From Candidatus Hydrogenedentota bacterium (GTDB taxonomy: Bacteria > Hydrogenedentota > Hydrogenedentia > Hydrogenedentales > SLHB01), in the NCBI GenBank assembly GCA_034408725.1, contig JAWXCN010000144.1, positions 1-39,072 on the forward strand: a DNA stretch of 39,072 nt. The letters run 5' to 3'. The position numbers and the translations under genes are program-made. Below, piece by piece: positions 35,997 to 39,072 of the stretch (position 1 is the first letter of the stretch; each line of letters opens with the position of its first letter). The notes beneath the pieces are model-generated. The model did not search any database, was not told where the DNA came from, and worked only from the letters and a program-made list of their open reading frames with translations.

Positions 35997-36025
35997 TTCG
36001 CATTCTGAACAAAATGCGCTATAAT
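35997..36025 (+). promoter_or_regulatory. Sigma70-type promoter with an overlapping operator-like inverted repeat
   Basis: TTCGCA, 17 nt, TATAAT. CGCATT-N8-AATGCG (35999-36018) spans the -35 box and spacer. Confidence 0.6.
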
Positions 36026-36060
36026 TAATGTAGTTCTCTATCGGGGAGAACAGGAGATGT

Positions 36061-36258
36061 ATGGGTTTCGTCAACACAAGTTACATCCTCGCACCAGGTT
36101 ATGTCAAAACGACTTCGAGGCTTCAAATGTGGTGGCTAACGAATCTGCGCGGTTACTCCATCGAGAAAATTATGCGCTTTCCACGCCATTTCCGAATGGG
36201 TCACCTGGTGTACGGCTCGTCATGGATTCTAAGACCGCCACACGGAAAGTCGATTTAA
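36061..36258 (+). CDS. Orphan small basic protein (65 aa); alternative frame 36057-36281
   Basis: Promoter and AGGAG/GGGGAG RBS directly upstream. No recognisable domain. The reading frame is ambiguous. Confidence 0.35.
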   Translation: MGFVNTSYILAPGYVKTTSRLQMWWLTNLRGYSIEKIMRFPRHFRMGHLVYGSSWILRPPHGKSI

Positions 36259-36433
36259 TGGCGCTAATAAGACAGTGTTGAAACGCCATAATCGCTTACG
36301 AACCGCGGCAAAAGTTTGTTAAGCAGCGCAATTTAATTGCGCGTAGCCGGGGTTTGTCTGTTCTCGAAAATAAATTATCGAAAGATGTTATTTATAAATA
36401 TTGGTGACAAGCCCAGCATTTGAATACCCGCGC

Positions 36434-36874
36434 CTATTTCGGAAGCACTGCAAGCGTAAAGATGCCTTTCGCAATCAGTTTCCTCGCGCTACCAGTTACT
36501 CCGTAGACTGACGACTCCGCGACAATGATTCGCTTGCCATTCCGTATCACTTCCGCGCGGGAAAATAGCGACTCACCGAGACCAGGGCGGAGCAAGTTTA
36601 TTTTGTACTCGACGGTGAGGACCGTGGCGTTCGCGCTAAGCAACGATCCGGCGGCGGCGCCGGCGGTATGGTCGGCAATCGTTGCCACGAGTCCCGCATG
36701 CGCAAAACCATCCTGTTGCAGGTGGCGGGGCTCCAGGGTGAGTTCACTCTCGCACCAACCGGGGCCAACCGCGGAAAGCTCGATCCCCAGCATTTGAATG
36801 AACCCGGCCCGTCCAAAGATGTTCTCGACTGCCGCGCGATAATCAGGATTCGATGGTTCAAACGTTTCGTCCAT
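36434..36874 (-). CDS. PaaI-family hotdog thioesterase
   Basis: HLQQDGFAHAGLVATIADHTAGAA, LTVEYKINLLRPG. GGAG RBS. Confidence 0.9.
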   Translation of the reverse strand: MDETFEPSNPDYRAAVENIFGRAGFIQMLGIELSAVGPGWCESELTLEPRHLQQDGFAHAGLVATIADHTAGAAAGSLLSANATVLTVEYKINLLRPGLGESLFSRAEVIRNGKRIIVAESSVYGVTGSARKLIAKGIFTLAVLPK

Positions 36875-36925
36875 GTAATTCTCCGGACCACGGGTAAGCC
36901 AACCCGCGGATTAAATTACTCAAAA

Positions 36926-37033
36926 TGGAGGGCGGGTTTTCCAACCCGCCATTGATTGTCTTTTCCAGAAAATGGCGGGTATGGAAACCCGCCCTCCCGA
37001 AATTGAATGGCGGGTACGAAAACCCGCCCTCCA
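36926..37033. repeat. Cluster of three GGAG-type REP palindromes (BIME-like)
   Basis: GGAGGGCGGGTTT-N-ACCCGCCATT at 36926-36953 (+), 36971-36997 (-) and 37006-37033 (-). Confidence 0.85.
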
Positions 37034-38737
37034 CTATTTCGATTTTGGGTCATTGGAATCGGTGAACTTGTCCCACTCCGCCTCATCGGTCAAGCCGTCC
37101 TTATCGGAGTCCAACTCGGGCATACGGATCGGAATGTAGAGTGCGCTAGGGCGTTGCGCGCTGGTGTGGACCGCATTAACTGCGGTCCGAAGTTCTGTAT
37201 GGGGAAAATCTTCACCCGTGTTGGGGTTGACCTCGAAATGCGGATAGTTGCTGCTTGATATCAGCAGCGCCATGCGATGCCCACGGTTAAAGACCCAACT
37301 AATATGGCCGAGATCAATTTCGATGGGCACGACTGCATCGCGCGTAAGCGGCGGCGCCACCTTGTCAAACCCTTCGCGCAACTTCACGCGCTGGATCGAT
37401 TCGAGCACGAGGATATGCCGTTCGTCACCGTTCGGGTACACGTCCATCAACTTCGCCGTGAAATCGGTATCGGGCGCGTCGGACGATACGTGCAGCACCA
37501 CGCGGACACGACCGGTGGTTTCGACCGGTTCCGCCAGCACGGGCCCCGTGAACAGCAGAAGGTCTTTCCGCGTGAGCAGTTCACGTTGATCATACGGTCC
37601 AAAAGGAATGGTAAGATTCGTGCCGCCTACGGTAGGCATCCGGCTTGCCGGATCAAACACGAACTCGCGGCCCACGACCGTTTCCGGTAAAACCTCCGTC
37701 AATTCCTCGCCGTAGAGATACAGTGCTTTCTCGCGCGGAGGAAAGGGCGGCCACCGGTTCGCGGTGCGCCATTCCATTCCAGGCGCGCCGGAGTCTTGGT
37801 CGTCACCGATGACGTAATACGTAATCGGCGGCTCGTTATCAATGCCATTTTCCTCGCCCGTGAGCCAATGCGCGAGGAAACGCGCGCGCTCCCGCGATAT
37901 CTTTACATCAAAAATATTCTCGGGAAATTTGAAGGGAAGGTCGCTCTTATATTCCCCGTGGCCGCCGGGTTTGATGATCATGCGCTGGTTTCCCTTCGCG
38001 CCCGCGCCGCCGTTGTACTGCCGTGCCGTAAACGCGCGAATGGTCCCTTCCTTGAAAATGTCAAACCAGCCGCCAACGTGCATTCCCGGTGCGGTAATCT
38101 TCGATGCCTGCGCATCCGCGTTCAGGTTCGCCCAGAACGCATCATAGGTTGGATGACTGCGCAAAGTTTGCCGGGCAGACTCTCCCTTTTCACCGAACAT
38201 GGCAAACCACTTGTCCGTCTGTTCGGGTCGCCACACGCCGCCTGGAAACGCTACGTCGAGATAAAAATTGTGCGCGCCAACTTCGAGATACTGGCACGAT
38301 AGTTTGTCCGTCGCGGGGGCCATTAGCGCCTGCGTATTCGCGCCCGCCGACGCTCCCGAACTACCGATTTTGCCGTTGCACCACGGTTGTTCCGCTATCC
38401 ATGTAACGGTATCCGCGCCATCGGTGTTGCCCGCCCAGCCATCGTCAAGGAAACCGGTAAACGTCCCCCCGCTCGCGCCCGTGCCGCGGACATCCTGTAC
38501 AACTGCCGCGACTCCATTTTCCGCGAATGAAATTGCCTCGGTCTTCATGGCCGTGCGCGGGTAGGGACTGCGGATGAACATCACGGGAAATGCCGGACCG
38601 CCGCTCGATGGCGTATAAACATCCGTCTTTAGCAGGACTCCGTCGCGCATGGGGACGTCAATGACGACTGCCGCGGGAGGTTCCGCCCAAGTAATGAACA
38701 CAGCCGCAAACACTAAAAAGTACACGATTCTGAACAT
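37034..38737 (-). CDS. Exported CocE/NonD-family (S15) hydrolase with a C-terminal TSP3-like Ca-binding motif
   Basis: VPMRDGVLLKTDVY, RSPY, QDVRG, QPWCNGKIG, GASAG nucleophile, GGWFD, PGGH, SSDAPDTDF, SSSNYP. Tail DSDKDGLTDEAE...TDSNDP. Confidence 0.9.
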   Translation of the reverse strand: MFRIVYFLVFAAVFITWAEPPAAVVIDVPMRDGVLLKTDVYTPSSGGPAFPVMFIRSPYPRTAMKTEAISFAENGVAAVVQDVRGTGASGGTFTGFLDDGWAGNTDGADTVTWIAEQPWCNGKIGSSGASAGANTQALMAPATDKLSCQYLEVGAHNFYLDVAFPGGVWRPEQTDKWFAMFGEKGESARQTLRSHPTYDAFWANLNADAQASKITAPGMHVGGWFDIFKEGTIRAFTARQYNGGAGAKGNQRMIIKPGGHGEYKSDLPFKFPENIFDVKISRERARFLAHWLTGEENGIDNEPPITYYVIGDDQDSGAPGMEWRTANRWPPFPPREKALYLYGEELTEVLPETVVGREFVFDPASRMPTVGGTNLTIPFGPYDQRELLTRKDLLLFTGPVLAEPVETTGRVRVVLHVSSDAPDTDFTAKLMDVYPNGDERHILVLESIQRVKLREGFDKVAPPLTRDAVVPIEIDLGHISWVFNRGHRMALLISSSNYPHFEVNPNTGEDFPHTELRTAVNAVHTSAQRPSALYIPIRMPELDSDKDGLTDEAEWDKFTDSNDPKSK

Positions 38738-38811
38738 GCGGCGCCTCCTGCATTACGGCGGGCGGCCGTTGACCGCTTGCGCTTGCGAAACGATGCGGGA
38801 ACAATAGAGCC

Positions 38812-39072
38812 ATGATCAAATTTGTGAGAGCCAGTGTGGGAATCGTTCTTGCCGCGATATTTGTAAACGCGGCTTGTTCACGCCCTCCAGAGGGCGCGCT
38901 TGTCATGAGCAAACCGTCCATCGATTTCGGCGCGAACATGCTCAACGACACACTCACGGTTGCATCTCCGTTCGCCGGCGCGAACGTGGCCGTGCGCGCG
39001 GAATGGAAATGCCCCTGGCTATCCGTCGCGCCTCAACAAGTGTTCACGACCGGCCCCGCCGGTCCCGCCACC
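38812..39072 (+). CDS. Lipoprotein with a BACON-like domain, truncated at the window end
   Basis: Open frame from ATG 38812 to the end: MIKFVRASVGIVLAAIFVNAAC (lipobox), SIDFG...TLTV...PWLSVAP. Absent from the ORF track because it has no stop codon in the window. Confidence 0.65.
   Translation, partial: MIKFVRASVGIVLAAIFVNAACSRPPEGALVMSKPSIDFGANMLNDTLTVASPFAGANVAVRAEWKCPWLSVAPQQVFTTGPAGPAT

Overview
A GC-rich (roughly 60% by eye, not computed) bacterial chromosomal segment with about 36 real genes. No rRNA, tRNA, CRISPR array, integrase or transposase is recognisable. The gene families (ceramidase-like and CehA/McbA hydrolases, a BACON-like lipoprotein, a TSP3-type Ca-binding tail, a Hanks kinase) suggest a PVC-like or Hydrogenedentota-like diderm; this is an inference. 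Contents in order: hydrolases and a Cys-rich fasciclin; a YkuE-like phosphoesterase; an orphan multidomain glycosyltransferase; a 700-aa membrane protein; a livKHMGF operon; an mhqED-like detoxification cluster with apparently exported YcaC and YtcJ hydrolases; an ECF sigma/anti-sigma/DUF4097 module; a ZrgBCD-like metal ABC system; rsmE, hinT, aroE, aroK; a Ser/Thr kinase with a Gly-zipper lipoprotein; anmK; PaaI; and CocE. The most unusual observations are: (1) a LivG ATPase with an approximately 90-aa two-transmembrane hairpin inserted inside the nucleotide-binding domain; (2) two identical back-to-back ECF-type promoter motifs (TGAAAC-N17-AGTCCAA) in the sigma-factor locus; (3) three families of REP-like palindromes, some with decaying tandem partial copies; (4) an AT-rich islet with a promoter, an operator-like palindrome and an orphan small ORF; (5) several apparently leaderless genes. 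All family calls come from motif recognition; no database searches were run.
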